DNA of 64,000 bases from Mytilus californianus (lineage: Eukaryota): NCBI RefSeq assembly GCF_021869535.1, contig NW_026262637.1, forward strand, positions 19,034,001-19,098,000, read 5' to 3'. The notes under the pieces are model-generated. The model was given only the letters and a program-made list of their open reading frames with translations, searched no databases and was not told where the DNA came from. Made by a program: the position numbers and the translations under genes. Shown one piece after another: positions 1 through 13,723 of the stretch; position 1 is the first letter of the stretch; every line of letters starts with the position of its first letter.

Positions 1-1763
1 ACATTGTAGACGAGAATAGACTTCATGACAAAAATCTCTATTTTGTTGATCTGGTATTACTGATCTTTTAGTCTGTTTAGTTTCTCTCTATCTTCTTTAG
101 TTTTTGCTCAGAAAACAAAAGAGGGTGAAAAAAATCCTCATTTAAAGGCAATCACTCCTATGAAGAGTGACAGTCTACTAACTATATCGGCAAAATTTTG
201 ATTTTTAATAAATCTTGCCTTGCTGATAATTTTTGTGATTTAAAGTGTCTATTTATCTATTATAATTTAAATCATATAACGCATAACGGGAAAAAATTTT
301 CTCTCTCTAAATATCATAGTTTTCATGATAATAGGCAAAAATGAAATAAAAAAAATGGTAAAATTTGTCATTTATGGGCAATAACTTCCATAAGAATTTG
401 TCTAACAGTTATGACGTATATGAACAATTGGTAGAGCTCATTATTCTGAACATTTTTGCTCCTTTCAGATTTTATCTATTTATAACGGTTCAGAACATTA
501 TAGACAAAACATGCATTTCATCCCTATGTTCTATTTTTAGCCATGTCGGCCATGTTGGTTGGTAGGCAGGGTCATCGGACACATTTTTTAAACTAGATAC
601 CCTAATGATGATTGTGGCCAGTTTGGTTAAATTTGTCTCAGTAGTTTCAGAGGAGAAGATTTTTGTAAAAGATTATAAATTGACTATAAAGGGCAATAAC
701 TCCTTAAGGGGTCAATTGACCATTTTGGTCATGTTGACTTATTTGTAGATCTTATATTATTACTTTGCTGAACATTATTGCTGTTTACAGTTTATCTCTA
801 TCTATAATAATATTCAAGATAATAACCAAAAACTGTAAAATTTCCTTAAAATTACCAATTCAGGGGCAGCAACCCAGCTACGGCTTGTCTGATTTTATGA
901 AAATTTCAGGGCAGATAGATCTTAACCTGATGAACATTTTTACCACGTCAAATTTCCTCTAAATGCTTTAGTTTCAGAGATATAAGCCAAAATCTGCATT
1001 TTACCCCTATGTTCTATTTTAAGCCATGTCGGCCATGTTGGTTAGTAGGCAGGGTGATCGGACACATTTTTTAAACAAGATACCCTAATGATGACTTTGG
1101 CCAAGTTTGGTTAAATTTGTCTCAGTAGTTACAGAGAAGATTTTTGTAAAAGATTACAAAAATTTACAAAAAATTGTTAAAAATTGACTATAAAGGGCAA
1201 CAACTCAAAAAGGGGTCAATTGACAATTTTGATCATTTAACTTATTTGTAGAGCTTACTTTGTTGAACACTTTTGCTGTTTACAGTTTATCTCCATCTAT
1301 TATAATTTTCAAGATAATAACCAAAAACTGCAAAATTTCCTAAAATTACCAATTCAGGGGCAGCACCCAACAGCGGGTTGTCTGATGCGTCTGAAAATTT
1401 CAAGCCAGATAGATCTTGACCTGATGAAAATTTTTACCCCAGTCAGATTTACTCTAAATGCTTTACTTTCAAAGATATAAGCCAAAAACTGCATTTTACC
1501 GCCATGTTCTATTTTTAGCCATGGCGGCCATCTTGGTTGATTGGCGGGATCATAGGATACATTTTTTTTAAACTAGATACCCTAAGGATGATTTAGGCCA
1601 ATGTTGGTTTTATTTGGACCAGTAGTTTCAGAGGAGAAGATTTTTGTAAAAGTTAACAGACGACGACGGACGACGACGACGATGGACGGCGACGACGACG
1701 GACGACGGACGCCAAGTGATGAGAAAAGCTCACTTGGCCCTTTTGGGCCAGGTGAGCTAAAAA
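1..1763 (+). mobile_element. Helentron-associated (HINE/pearl/CvA-like) non-autonomous element with internal ~485-bp tandem repeats; 5' end probably outside the window
   Basis: The block ccctatgttctattttt...gaggagaagatttttgtaaaag recurs at ~521, ~1005 and ~1500. A (GAC/GACG)n microsatellite lies at ~1659-1711. A 14-bp terminal hairpin agctcacttggccc-tttt-gggccaggtgagct (1727-1758) is followed by aaaaa. This layout matches known bivalve HINE/pearl-type elements; the family name is inferred. Confidence 0.75.
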
Positions 1764-2201
1764 TGAAGTTTAAATTTGGCAATTCGAACTTGCATCAATA
1801 CTGGAAATAATATCATGTGCTTTGGAAGAGTTAGTATAGTAAGCAGCACCTATCTAATAGAACAAAGGTGGCCAGTAGTGAAATTCCGTTAATGTAATAA
1901 ATCGGTCATAATCGTTTAGTACCGCAGTACCATCAAATATCGGAAACATAAATGTGAAATGTCACCTAAACACAAGAGGGTAGAACAATTATAACTCTTG
2001 TAAAGTCGTTTACGTTTAATTTGCTTTTTGATACCAATCTAGCAGGTGAACAGTACGATGAAATTATCTTAATCTAAATGACGCTCAAAAAAATGTACCA
2101 AAAGCAAACAAAATGTCTTTAAGGAATTTTGAAATTAATACGAAACTAAATAGTATACATATAGGTATTTGATAGTAAATGTATAGTAAGTTTTGTCCCA
2201 T

Positions 2202-5200
2202 TCATGCTGACAATGTCTGAAATACTGCAAATTCTTCTTTGATTTCCTTTAACAGGTCTTTGTTTTGATACAACTCTAAACAGGTTAACGCCATCGCCTT
2301 TCCTTGAGTAAGGGTCGGTGGTTGTGCATTTGGGTCACCTTTAATCAAAGTATATATGATCATTTCAACGTAAAAAAAATATTTAAGCAATCAAAACAAT
2401 GAATAAATAGTTGTTTTATATAAGATTTCTGAAAGGATTCGAAGTGCAAATCAATATCTTTTTAAAGTCAAAGTGCTGAAATGGTTTTACTCGATTAAAT
2501 CTGTTTTATTGCATTACACAGCCAAGATCGACAAAAAATGAGAAATAAAAAAAAAAGGCAACGCATTAGACTGCACTAGTTCTAATTTTGTCAAAATGTA
2601 TTAAATCATACGTTTTGTGAACTTTTTAAGCCATTCAAAAGGTTGAAATTCCATACTTTTTCGTCATAGTGATATTTTCGTTACAAATGTCCCTTTATCA
2701 TATCATAAAGTCTCGATCCTTTGGTACCTTTAAAATGTATCGGGCTAATCAAATGTAATCGTAAAATTATCAATGAAACGTTTATAATTGACAAAAAACT
2801 CTTTTACGGTAATGTCGGGGTCTTTTAAAACCAACCATACAGTATGTGTTTTTCTCATTGTTGATGGTCGTACGGTGGCCTAGTATGGCTTACTGCCACT
2901 TCATTGTATCTTAGATGGATAGTTGTCTCATTCGCAATCATATCACGTCTTATTTTGTTATATTTGAATAAGTCGCAAGCATACAGTTTTTATTAATTCC
3001 TGACTATTTTGACTTGGATGGAGAGTTGTCTCATTGACACTCATACCACATCTTCTTATATCTATCTTGACAATATTGGTTAGAAATGAAATTCACCGAG
3101 AAAGTGTTACCGTGAATTTTTCGGATAAGGTAACTCAAAACGGATTGACCTATAGTTTACACTTTATTAACCAGACTGAAATCTTGACCATAAAAGAACA
3201 GACAGATAAACAACATTTTGATGATTATATCTGTTGGAAAATGGTGTCCAAGGATCACTTGGCTGTCTTCAATGTGGTTTTTGACATGTGATACAAGTAG
3301 TTCAATAACAGATTGAATCATACACCGATAAACATGATCTCGATTACATGACTGAATAAATACATTGTCGATTAAGCACGCTAGTTTGCTTTTCTAACTT
3401 GTCTATTCTAGAGTCAACATCTTCAAGGTTATATAACGACTAAGTTTAAAGGCAATGTATCAAATAATCACCAAATAGTCTCGAATAAGACAGCCTTATT
3501 CTTTAATGTATTAATAGATTATTATCTTAGTTATAACCTCCCTTCAAAATAATATACTTTCCCTTAAATATAACCAGTCTTTCCTATGTAACCTAACGTT
3601 TAGTAAAAGAAAATATTGTATTCATGTAAACAGTTGTAAACGAGAAATATTTAACAAAGCCTTTTTTCAGACTTCACATTTTTACTGAATTGAAACATTA
3701 TCCTTGTACCAAACTCCATCTTCTTACAGTTTGAAATAATTCCTTCTGTCAAAACAGTATTAAACAAATTGTTTGTCAGACTCCCTTATACAAGTTTTTA
3801 GTTAGCTATAAAACCAGGTTTATACAAAGTCAGGAATATGGCAGTTGTTTTTCACTTTTTGCGTTGATGTATAGCGTTTTTATCTATGGACCTCTCCTTT
3901 TTTAATTTGCCGTGGACTTCGGTATTTTTGTTATACTTTTTTATGTTGTGAATGCTATAAATAAGGATATGGTTTATGATTGTCGATGAGTAAACTCTCC
4001 ACCACAGATATAAACAATATTAAGAAATAAGACCTTTCCTACTCACTTCTCTTTATGAAGAATTAATTTTGGATTTTCTTCAAGATTTCTTACACTCATG
4101 TTTGATTTTACTTTATTTGACATATTAAATGTACCTGATGCTAAAGCAAAGTCTTTTGAATGATTAACAGAAGTTGTTCCAATTCCATAAAACGGGTGAA
4201 TGCTTGGAACAACTTGGGATACATTGCCCATATCAGTAGATCCTCCAATCTGACCTTCTGCTGAGTCAAACTTCACCCCTAAATACTCAGCATTTCCCCT
4301 AAAAGCAGCTTCTAAACGCTTGTTGGTTACAACATTCAGACAAGGTCTTCCTGTGAACTCATACTCAACCTGAAAGTTTGTTTACAATGTGGTATATTAT
4401 TTTACAATGACAAAACTGAAGGAGAAATAAGCGTTTTCTAAATCAAAGTAATGAACCACTTGACCTAGTTGAATCCATTTTTTTCAAATTTGTTTAACGG
4501 ATGTAATTTTTGAGTCTATAGCTTTGGTATAGACCCACCATCCTTATTATGAAAAATATAAGGAGCAGTCTCTAACCGATATGTTAATATCTTAATCTGG
4601 CTTATCGCTAGTTTCTTCTACTCCCAATTCTGCGATTTATATTGTATCTCAATGCTAATTACAATTATGGTCTGACAGATCGTGATACCAATTTATTTGC
4701 CTCACAAGCACTTATCAATATACTAATGTGTTGAACTTCTACCTACATGTATCCCATTGGAAATGGGTAACAACATTATGGTTTCGCAGCTTTTGTAGAG
4801 GAAATTTCTTACAAAATAAATACAAATATTAAGCTGAGTTGGTTTAATACATACGTTGATTAGTGTATGATTTTAAACAGAAAAAATGTTTTGATGGCAA
4901 AACTCAAAGTAGTTTAAAAACTTGATATTATAATTCGAATAGTACTTAATCAGATGAAGTGACTATTTGCGTGAATGATTTTTTGTATCAAATTATACTG
5001 CATGTTTTTTTTCAAATTCATGTTTGCGATGTTGGATTATTATCTCGTGAATATAATTGTACTTTGTAAAAGCATTAGGAAAGACCGTCGAACACTTTAT
5101 GTAAAACGTGAAACGCCTCCCACTTTAGAATGAATATTCAGGTAATGAAATTTTAAATTCATAAAATGAAACATTCAACGTTTATAACAAAATTAGAGTT

Positions 5201-8200
5201 GAAATTCAGAACAACATTTTTTTTAAATGAAATGAATCCACATGATCATCATAATTTTGATAATATCCATTCGAAATTTCTATTGCATTAATTTGTCTCA
5301 GAAACTCGAGGTAAACAAACATCTATGAGTTTTGACTGATGAAATGTACTGAAGAACGTTGCATACAGACGTCACTCTGTGGGTTTAATATGAAGAAGTT
5401 TACTCCCAATACTATGCAAGATATAAATTCGATTGCCTTCCCAAAAATAAATCTGGTTGATACTCTAAAAATAATACTACATTTTCTTTATTTAAAATAG
5501 ATAACTTATCCGACAGAGAAGTATTGGTTCGGAATCACTTTTAATGAAAAAAGTTAGGCCTTCTGAACTATGTATCTTCAAGGGAATTAAACAAACCTGA
5601 CAGCATGTCGCCACAGCAGCTGCCTCAAAACATGCTTTCATTTTGTCTCTTAGTTCATCCAATTCCTTTTTGCTTGGTGTCCTGAAGTAGAACTCTAGCT
5701 CTGATAAATCTGGTATGATGTTTGGCTTGACTCCTCCATTCTTTATTATCCCTTGTCATTGAAAAGAAGCGGTACATTTATTTCTTTACGTTATTGTAAC
5801 TATAATACAGTATATAAAGCATAGATTCGACCAAGATAAGTTTGGTCGATGTTCTACATTCTTGAAAACTTGATCTTTTTATCTTTGAAAATTAAAGCAA
5901 AATTTCATTATACTTTCCAAGAAGTTTTTGCCTTTTTCATATCATATAAATGTATTTGAATAATGTACTATACCAAAATCATTTCTATTTTAAAAGTTAT
6001 ACTGGGTCATGAAATATATTTGGAACAAACAATCGTATTAATATAATATACATTTACAAAGCAACTTTTCCTATATTCAATTATTTACCGTGTACTCTCC
6101 ATGTTTGTTTCAACTGTTGTCTCAAGCAGGAAACATTTTGGTAGCATAATACAGCAGCATCAAGGGCATTTACTCCTTCCCAAGGATAAGCTGCTGCGTG
6201 AGCTGCTTTTCCTATATATTTGATAGTGACTCTAAAATAAACATAGCTTAATCATTTGAAATTTCTATTTATAGTTCAATATCATAAATGTATTATTCCA
6301 TTTGTCTTATTCACGATGGTTTGACTAATGTTTTAAACAATGAACATAATATGTGTATTGCAGGATGCCATGATAGCCTTTGTATTGTACCGGTGTTTAC
6401 AGTTCTTATTCACAAAGTCTTAGTTACCAGTATTGTTTTGTATAATTGTCAAGATTTCTTATTCTGGTATTTACTATCTTCACTCTTAATTAGTTGTTTA
6501 CCCTCATTTTATAATCACTTCGGTATCCTTTACATAAAGATTTCACATTATCTCTTAGATTTATAACTATAAACCAGTAACTTGTATGCAATAATATTTG
6601 AACCATATTCAGTGAAGCATAACACTTACCCATCAATAGCAAGCATTTGTACATTTGAAATTGTCTTTGGGAACGGATGTACCATCATGGCTACATCTAT
6701 CTTATTGAATGCACCAGATTCAATCAAGTCTATTTTACCGCCATATCCTTCTTCATCTGGAGTTCCCAAGATAGTAATCTAAAATGGAGTTTTCTATGAG
6801 ATGTCAATTCTTAAGTAGAATGCACCGCGTAAACACACTGTCTTAAACGTGACAAAAACTAAACTTACAACTGGAAGGGGAAGATTATTTTAAACAAACC
6901 AAAATGCATTCAAAGAAAACATACAACACCGATTGCTTAATTCGGAAACATGAAACGACTACAAACTATATTTCTGGACATAAAATTTAAAAAGAAAACA
7001 AAAACGATGCACTATGTTTGTATTTCCTGTGTTGATATTCTCCTAAACACTTCGAAAAATCTATTGATATTAAATTGATCTGACTAACTATTTGCATTTC
7101 AAGAAGTTTTAAACAATTATATATTCTATCTATAAAACTAATTGTGACATTAACGGGTACCATAATCGAATGTTTACTTGAACACCAGAGTTCACACTCA
7201 GTTTTAATTTATTTTAAATCGCGTCGCTCAATCTTTACTTGTAGTGTAGTGTATAACCCGGAAGATTTGGACAAATGTGAATTAGAAATAAAGCAAATTC
7301 AGACAATATATTTTAAGTGCTAAAGTGGCAATTTGTTAATCCGTTTATCTCACCTTTTACCTTTCTTTGTGTTTAATTAATTCTATTGTTAAATATATAT
7401 TTGTCGTAATGGAAATCACTTGACGATGACAAGTTAATCCGTTGGACACTAATTCTTTTCTATAGATACTGTTATTTGTCTTTTCGTCGTTTCACTTTTG
7501 GACAATGTATTGTTTGTTGTTTCACTTGTTTTTTAGGTATGGTTACTGATTGTGTCGTTGGTTATATCTTACCCATTATGAGACGAGACTCGCGGCTGGA
7601 ATTACATTATGATCTCATATGTGGCACATAACTTCACCATCAACAGCAAGCCTTGTAACATTTTATTTGTTTCATATTATCACATTTTTCATAACGAAAA
7701 GGGATATATGCAAATTTAGTCGTCAGACATGCTTGCATAGCGTATGTCAAACTATGAAATCATTGTGTCTACCATTATATTAATGAAATAATTAGAATAT
7801 GAAATCGAGTCTGTGTAACGTATGTTTATTGGTATTCTACAGTAAGGATGTGCTTACCTTTCCCATTGGAGTCCCTAACCGTTTGAATGCTGCTTGCACA
7901 CCAATAGCTACAGCAATTCCAGATTCTGCAATCAAATTATGACCACAAGCGTGACCAATCTCGGGAAGAGCATCATATTCGCAAATAACTGCAATGTTCG
8001 GTCCGTTATCTGCTGATCCTAATTCAGCTTTGAAAGCCGTGTCTAGTATAAAGTTTCTTTGTACCGTAAACCCTTTCTGTTCTAGTATATTCGTAAGGAC
8101 AGTGTGAGCATGAATTTCGTTTAATCCTAGTTCTTGCCTTTTCCACAATATTTGGCTAATGCTGTTCAGTTCTTCCGATCCATTATCTATTGCTAAACAA

Positions 8201-8223
8201 GCAACTTGTCTCAGGTTTTCCAT
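2202..8223 (-). CDS. PM20D2: PM20D2-like peptidase M20D (Xaa-Arg / beta-Ala-Lys dipeptidase family), copy A, intact, 394 aa
   Basis: Exons are 8223-7858 (366 nt), 6778-6630 (149), 6231-6089 (143), 5751-5597 (155), 4369-4135 (235) and 2338-2202 (137). All introns are GT-AG, the phases are compatible, and the total is 1185 nt with no internal stop. Motifs: [75 protein letters not shown]. Confidence 0.93.
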
Positions 8224-8469
8224 TGTTAAAAAACCGACTGATACAACATGTATTCAGTTGTAAAGACAATCTTGTTTATTGCAAACTTTTATCTTTCAAA
8301 GAAGGTGAAAATATGGAACATGAAGATCTTATAATGGTTATTCAACGTTATTACAATACATTACGAAACAAGAGGAAGACTATACGAAAGGATTGCAATA
8401 AATAAAAATAAACTTTTCGAAGAATAGACAAAACCTTCGCCACAAAACACTATACAGAAAACTAGAATA

Positions 8470-8887
8470 CTGTGGATTCATTTATTTTCGTGGGTATCAA
8501 TTTCCTTGGATTGAGGAAAACTTATATGTTCGTGGATATTTAATTTCGTGGTTTTGCCGATGTCTGCATACATGCTTATAAAACATTTGTAGTTCGTTGA
8601 ACATTTGATTTCGTGGTTTGCCTGTACACACGTAATCCACGAAAATTGGTATCCAACGAATAATTATGAATCCACAGTACTGTGGATTCATTTATTTTCG
8701 TGGGTACCAATTTTCGTGGATTGAGGAAAACTTGCATTTTCGTGGATATTTAATTTCGTTGTTTTGGCAAAGTCTGCATACATTCATTTAGAAAATTTGC
8801 AATTCGTTGACTATTTAAAATCGTGGTTCCCCTGTACCCACGAAATCCACGAAAATTGGTATCCAACGAATACTAATAAATCCACAG
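8470..8887. mobile_element. Head-to-tail dimer of a 208-bp Tc1/mariner-like MITE (TA target)
   Basis: TIR ctgtggattca...tgaatccacag. Units are 8470-8677 and 8680-8887, with TA at 8468-69, 8678-79 and 8888-89. The paralogous site upstream of copy C (~30617) is empty. Confidence 0.85.
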
Positions 8888-8899
8888 TAAGCGACACGA

Positions 8900-9080
8900 A
8901 TTCCACAAATAATCGGGGTGAAAACTGTTCCGAAAGGTTGAACAGTGCATGTTCCAGAACTATCATCTTCATGTAAATTAATTGTGCACATCACATCTAC
9001 TTGTTTCTTATTTTATTTATTGTACTCATATGACGCAGAATTCATACAACACCTTCTCAAAGACAAAATAAAATGCATCG
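8900..9080. mobile_element. Small decayed Penelope-like element remnants (3'-UTR piece on the minus strand, RT piece on the plus strand)
   Basis: The plus strand translates to LYSYDAEFIQHLLKDK, which resembles RT LFLYxYEAxFIxELL in the better copies. 8905-8955 resembles the reverse complement of the PLE 3' UTR. A paralogous copy lies at ~30650-30810. Confidence 0.5.
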
Positions 9081-9839
9081 TGTCAAATAGAAAAATAAAG
9101 GATATGGGGTATCCATCAAATCAGTACATCAAAAAAACACTCAAAAAGCAAAGGCACAGCGCTTTTATTGCTCAAAGTCACAGTGAGGCCCTCACACGGA
9201 TCAAAACAAACCCCAAAGAAACAAAAGATCTCACCTCACTGCAAGCCCAAGAAGGCCCCTAGCACCGGTCCGAGTGGACCTGCAAAATGACTCCGATAGA
9301 CTCTGTAAGATGTATCACCATCAAATCGGGCCCGGTGAAAAAAGTACATACTGAAAAGTAGTACACACCTACAACAAAACAGCCCCCACGTATAGGCGCA
9401 AATATAAAACTATGTAGAATATATTTTCATTATTAAGGTATCAAATTGAAAGCGAAGGACCGGCGATCCCTGCAGAACACATATCGACTGATAATTATTA
9501 ATTATACAAAAAGGCATGAATTAATTCTAAAATTGAGGGCATATAACTATAATAATAACTTTACAAATACAGAAGAGCATAAATATCAAGCACGGAGTAA
9601 CTTTCTACGGCCTCCACACAGCTCGTCTAGTTTTTATTAAATTCTCTTTCAGATAAATTGTCACTCAATAAAGCACATTTTAGAAAGTACGTGTATCCTG
9701 TGTGTATTGGTTGATTAAGACAACATTTCAGTTACTCAACAAAAAGAAATGTTTTCCCAGTCTTAGGTCTAAAGAGGAGTAATTAATTTTCTATTGTTTC
9801 CTGTCTCAGCTATTGTTACATTCTATCAGTCGCAAAGCG

Positions 9840-10365
9840 CATCTTCAGCTCAGTAGTCAGTACTTTGTACTGACATGATGACATAATTTAAAACAAACCT
9901 TTTGGCTTTAAAGCTCTTCGACTGTCTCGGTTCTTATACATCCTTAACTTTCAAATATTCGGTTTTGGCGTTCCTGATGAAGGTTAATCTAGAAAAAATC
10001 TTTTGACGCATGAAATTCATAATGTGTTGTTTTTTTTTTAATTTCTAAAAGCCCTGAGTCGATACCGCTGCTTGGGGACTATCCGTCCCCAAGGGTATCT
10101 TCACTTCAGTAGTAAGTACTGACATGATTTACAATTAACCTTTCTCAAATTGTCCTTTTATAAATTATTAAGAAACTAAAGTTTCAACTCCCTCAGGCAA
10201 AGTTGACCTTGAGTGGATCTGGCTATTATTTTAAGGTCTCTTTTGATCGTATATCTCTTAAAAGTTTTCGGTTCTTATACATCCTTAGCTTTTAAATATT
10301 TGGCTTCCTGAGTGTGCCTTATGAAGGTAAATCAAGAAAAGCGCTTCGGTTGCATGAAATTAAAA
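9840..10365 (+). mobile_element. Retrozyme-like tandem repeat (~344-bp period) with two degenerate minimal type-I hammerhead motifs
   Basis: The block ggttcttatacatcctt...ctgatgaaggt-aat--agaaaa...gcatgaaatt is repeated. Cores are ctgatga (9974) and cttatga (10318). The second motif retains gaaa-a-gcgc-t-tc. Both motifs carry core or stem mutations. Confidence 0.65.
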
Positions 10366-10368
10366 AAA

Positions 10369-11278
10369 ATCTGCATTCCCATGGGAACCAACTATGCCCC
10401 TCTTCTTGCCGACTTGTTCCTTTATTCACATGAGGCTAGCTTCATACAGGAACTTCTCAGGAAGAAAGAAAAGAAGTTAGCAGTATCCTTTAACTTAACT
10501 TTCCGCTACATAGATGATGTTCTCTCACTAAATAATTCAAAATTTGGTGACGATGTTGAACGCATCTATCCAATCGAACTTGAGATAAAGGATACAACAG
10601 ATACAGTTAAGTCTGCCTCATATCTTGACTTACATCTAGAAATTGACAATTAGGGTCGGTTGAAAACAAAACTTTATGACAAAAGAGATGATTTTAGCTA
10701 CCCAATTGTGAACTTTCCATTTTTATGTAGCAACATTCCAGCAGCGCCTGCATACGGAGTATATATCTCCCAGTTGATATGATACTCCAGGGCTTGTATT
10801 TTCTATCACGATTTCCTTAATAGAGGGTTGCTGCTCATAAGGAAGCTATTAAACCAAGAGTTTCAAGTGGTGAAGTTGAAATCATCCCTTCGTAAATTTA
10901 CGGACGCCATCGCGAGTTGGTTGACCGTTACGGAAAACCCGTTTCACAGATGATAGCGGATATGTTCATAGCGTCGTAACTACGATGCAGTCCCCTTTTC
11001 CCGAATGTGACCTACCGAATTAGACTTATTACCGAGTTTGTACTAACATGAGCAACACGACGGGTGCCACATGTGGAGCAGGATCTGCTTACCCTTCCGG
11101 AGTTCAGAAATCACCCCCAGTTTTTGGCGGGGTTCGTGTTCCTCAGTCTTTAGTTTTTCTATGTTCTGATTGTGTACTATTGTTTGTCTGTTTGTCATTT
11201 TCTTTTAGCCATGGCGTTGTCAGTTTATTTTCGACTTATGAGTTTGAATGTCCCTTTGGTATCTTTCGCTCCTCTTTT
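10369..11278 (+). mobile_element. 5'-truncated Penelope-like (Naiad-type) retroelement: RT C-terminal half plus 3' UTR
   Basis: Translates to [17 protein letters not shown]...[12 protein letters not shown]...YLDLHLEIDN, then TAG (10651-53), then KTKLYDKRDDF...[17 protein letters not shown]. The 3' UTR (ggagcaggatctgcttacccttccgg...) is shared with the copies at 46464 and 53165. Confidence 0.88.
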
Positions 11279-12244
11279 AAAAAGGAGTTGTTTTCTTTTT
11301 TTTAAATCGATTCTTATTGCTGGTGATGCATACATAGGAGGAGAGCCTTACTAGTCTCGATTCGGTTTTAATTGTTAAAATTCTTTTGAGTTTTGTATTT
11401 TAATCATAATTTGTATACTTTGATTTACACGACTTGAACATTGATAAAGTCCTATTGCCTTAAATGAGTAAATTTAAACTTAATCTTAATCGTATTACCC
11501 GATGATTAATAAAAAAACAAATAGAAACTAAGGTTCCAACTTTCTCATTCAAAGTTCACCTCAGATGATTCGGCTATTCTTTCGATTCCCATTTTGGTCT
11601 AAAGAGTCTAACTTGTGTACGTACATTTACAGCCCTGTCTTTTAAGTGAATATGACTTAAGATTTAACAACATAAACTCACAAAAACACCAGTTGATAGA
11701 TTGTTTGTTCATATATGTAGATACAGAGACACGATATTATCTCCGAACAATTCATATTTCTCTTAATGTATCAATTCAATTCAATTCACCAATTTAGTTC
11801 ACTCTTCGGGTAATACTAAATTGATAACAAGTTTCTAAAGAAACTTAGTTTAACTCCGTTACATGTTCATGTGTTTGTTAAAAATAAGGCAACGTGCAGT
11901 GATTGCCTTATGTCATTTATCCATGATTACATTAAATATGAATTGTTGGTTTTGTCTCTTAGTTGTTTTTTTTTTTTTTGTTTATCAATTTCATTTTTAT
12001 TTTATTTTTATGCGAATTTGGTTTCTGTATACATTTTTCTTATTGGTGCGATTTATAGCTTGACATCTGGAAAGCACCTGTCTAATGTTGCAGACGTTAT
12101 TTGGAACTCTAAATGTCGTTTATATGTTCATGTTGGGTAGCTATCTCATTGAGGTATACCTTAACTCTTCTTTTATCTATAATAAGTAAAATTGGTTTAT
12201 TCATTTTCAATTATTATTTTCATCTCACATATCCTAGTTAGATT

Positions 12245-12478
12245 GGGATTAAGGATACTACTAAAACTAAGAGGTCTGCTCATGTCTTGAAATTGACACA
12301 GATGCGCGACTTCAAACTGGAATTTATGACACACGTGATTTTTTAAACTTTCCAATTTGTCGCATTTCGCTTTGCAGCAGTTACAAGCCCCCTTCTAAAT
12401 CATTTGGCGTTGACACATCTCAATTGATACGATACGCTCTTTTATGTTCATACTGTACGGACTTTATTACCAGGGATG
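12245..12478 (+). mobile_element. Old decayed PLE RT C-terminal remnant just downstream of gene B (paralogous copy at ~33325-33565)
   Basis: Degenerate matches to IKDTT..RSA..LEIDTD.RLQT..YD.RD..NFPI and SQLIRYA. Confidence 0.55.
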
Positions 12479-13723
12479 TACTCCTTACAACTAAAATCAA
12501 TAAATTAATAAAGAAAATGGTAACATCTGGTTAAAAAAGTTACAAAATTAAGCAAATCCAGCAGTTTACATAAATCTGTAAGGTTTCAGAACTTTTTTGT
12601 CATCGCCGATTTCATTGTGAATTTTGTTTGAATACTGCAAATTCGTCCCTTATATCTTTCAATAAGTTTTCATTCGTAAATATATCAAGACAGGTAAGTG
12701 CCATAGCTTTCGCTTGATTCAGAGTATGCAACTGAGCTTTTGGATCACCTGAAAAATATTAAGCATGTAAAGATTATAAAAGCATCCCGGTCAACAAAAT
12801 GCTGTACAATTGAACAAATGTGCGTTCGTTTTAAACATTCATTAAAAGAAGGCTTTTGATTAACTTCCCTTTAAAAAAACGAAAAACACTGATAACACTA
12901 TTTGATAGTTAATATTTTAGAAACTGAAACTACAATTTTCTAAGTACAGAAATAAAGGAATATTATTATGAAAAAAAGTTTTTTTTTCTAAATATTACAT
13001 GAAGTTGCCTGCCTTGATGCATGACCCTTTTATGATAATTATACAGTCGAGAGTACGTTTAGTAATCAACAAGTTCTTTTCGAGTTGATGAAATTAACTT
13101 TAAGTTGATGTTTGAATAATTTGAATCTTATATCTCAAGAACTTTCCATAACAGTAACAGTCCTTATTGGGTACTAGGATTTCAGTAAACGGGTACGCAT
13201 CAAGCCTGTCATATAATGCTTCTTTTTCATAATGGAGACACCATCTTCATTATCGAAATGTGCATCTGGTGCAGTAAAATAGGTGCTGCTAATGTTATTT
13301 CTTCATATAAAACATGTAAGCATTTTGAATGAATGATTTAACGCATATTTTGTGTATAATGAGGAAAGAAAATAACACAGGAACATCAATACAAAAAATA
13401 TAAACACGAAAATAAAGAACCTATTTCAGTGTACCGAGTCTCACAGATACATACACATGTTTATCGACTACGAAAAGGACAATTATTGCTGTATACATTA
13501 GATTTATTTAAAGTTAGCTCTTTGGGCAGGAGTAAATTATCACAGTGTACTAAAATAAAACTTTTATTATTAGACATTTTGCGGAAACTACTTCTTTACC
13601 TAGGATTACACTAAGACTTAAACCCAATTGAGATACTTAGTAAAATGAAATGATATTTTTTTATCATATAAATACGTATTTTCGACGACACACAAATGCG
13701 GAAACATATGGTCACAACAGATG

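Noticed and set aside
1582-1810. ORFs with RRRRTTTT/DDDD or VVVVRRR runs
   Set aside because: They are translations of the GAC microsatellite in the HINE element.
5827-5849. Hairpin tcgaccaa...ttggtcga conserved in intron 3 of A and C (27528-27550)
   Set aside because: It lies inside the high-identity A/C patch, so its conservation is uninformative. It is absent from B, D and E.
6288-6782. Plus-strand ORFs overlapping the cluster (also 20938-21321, 27989-28497, 41858-42184, 63200-63454 and the triplicated 54441/55844/57176 ORFs)
   Set aside because: They are antisense shadows of the peptidase exons or by-products of duplicated non-coding DNA, with no independent coding signal.
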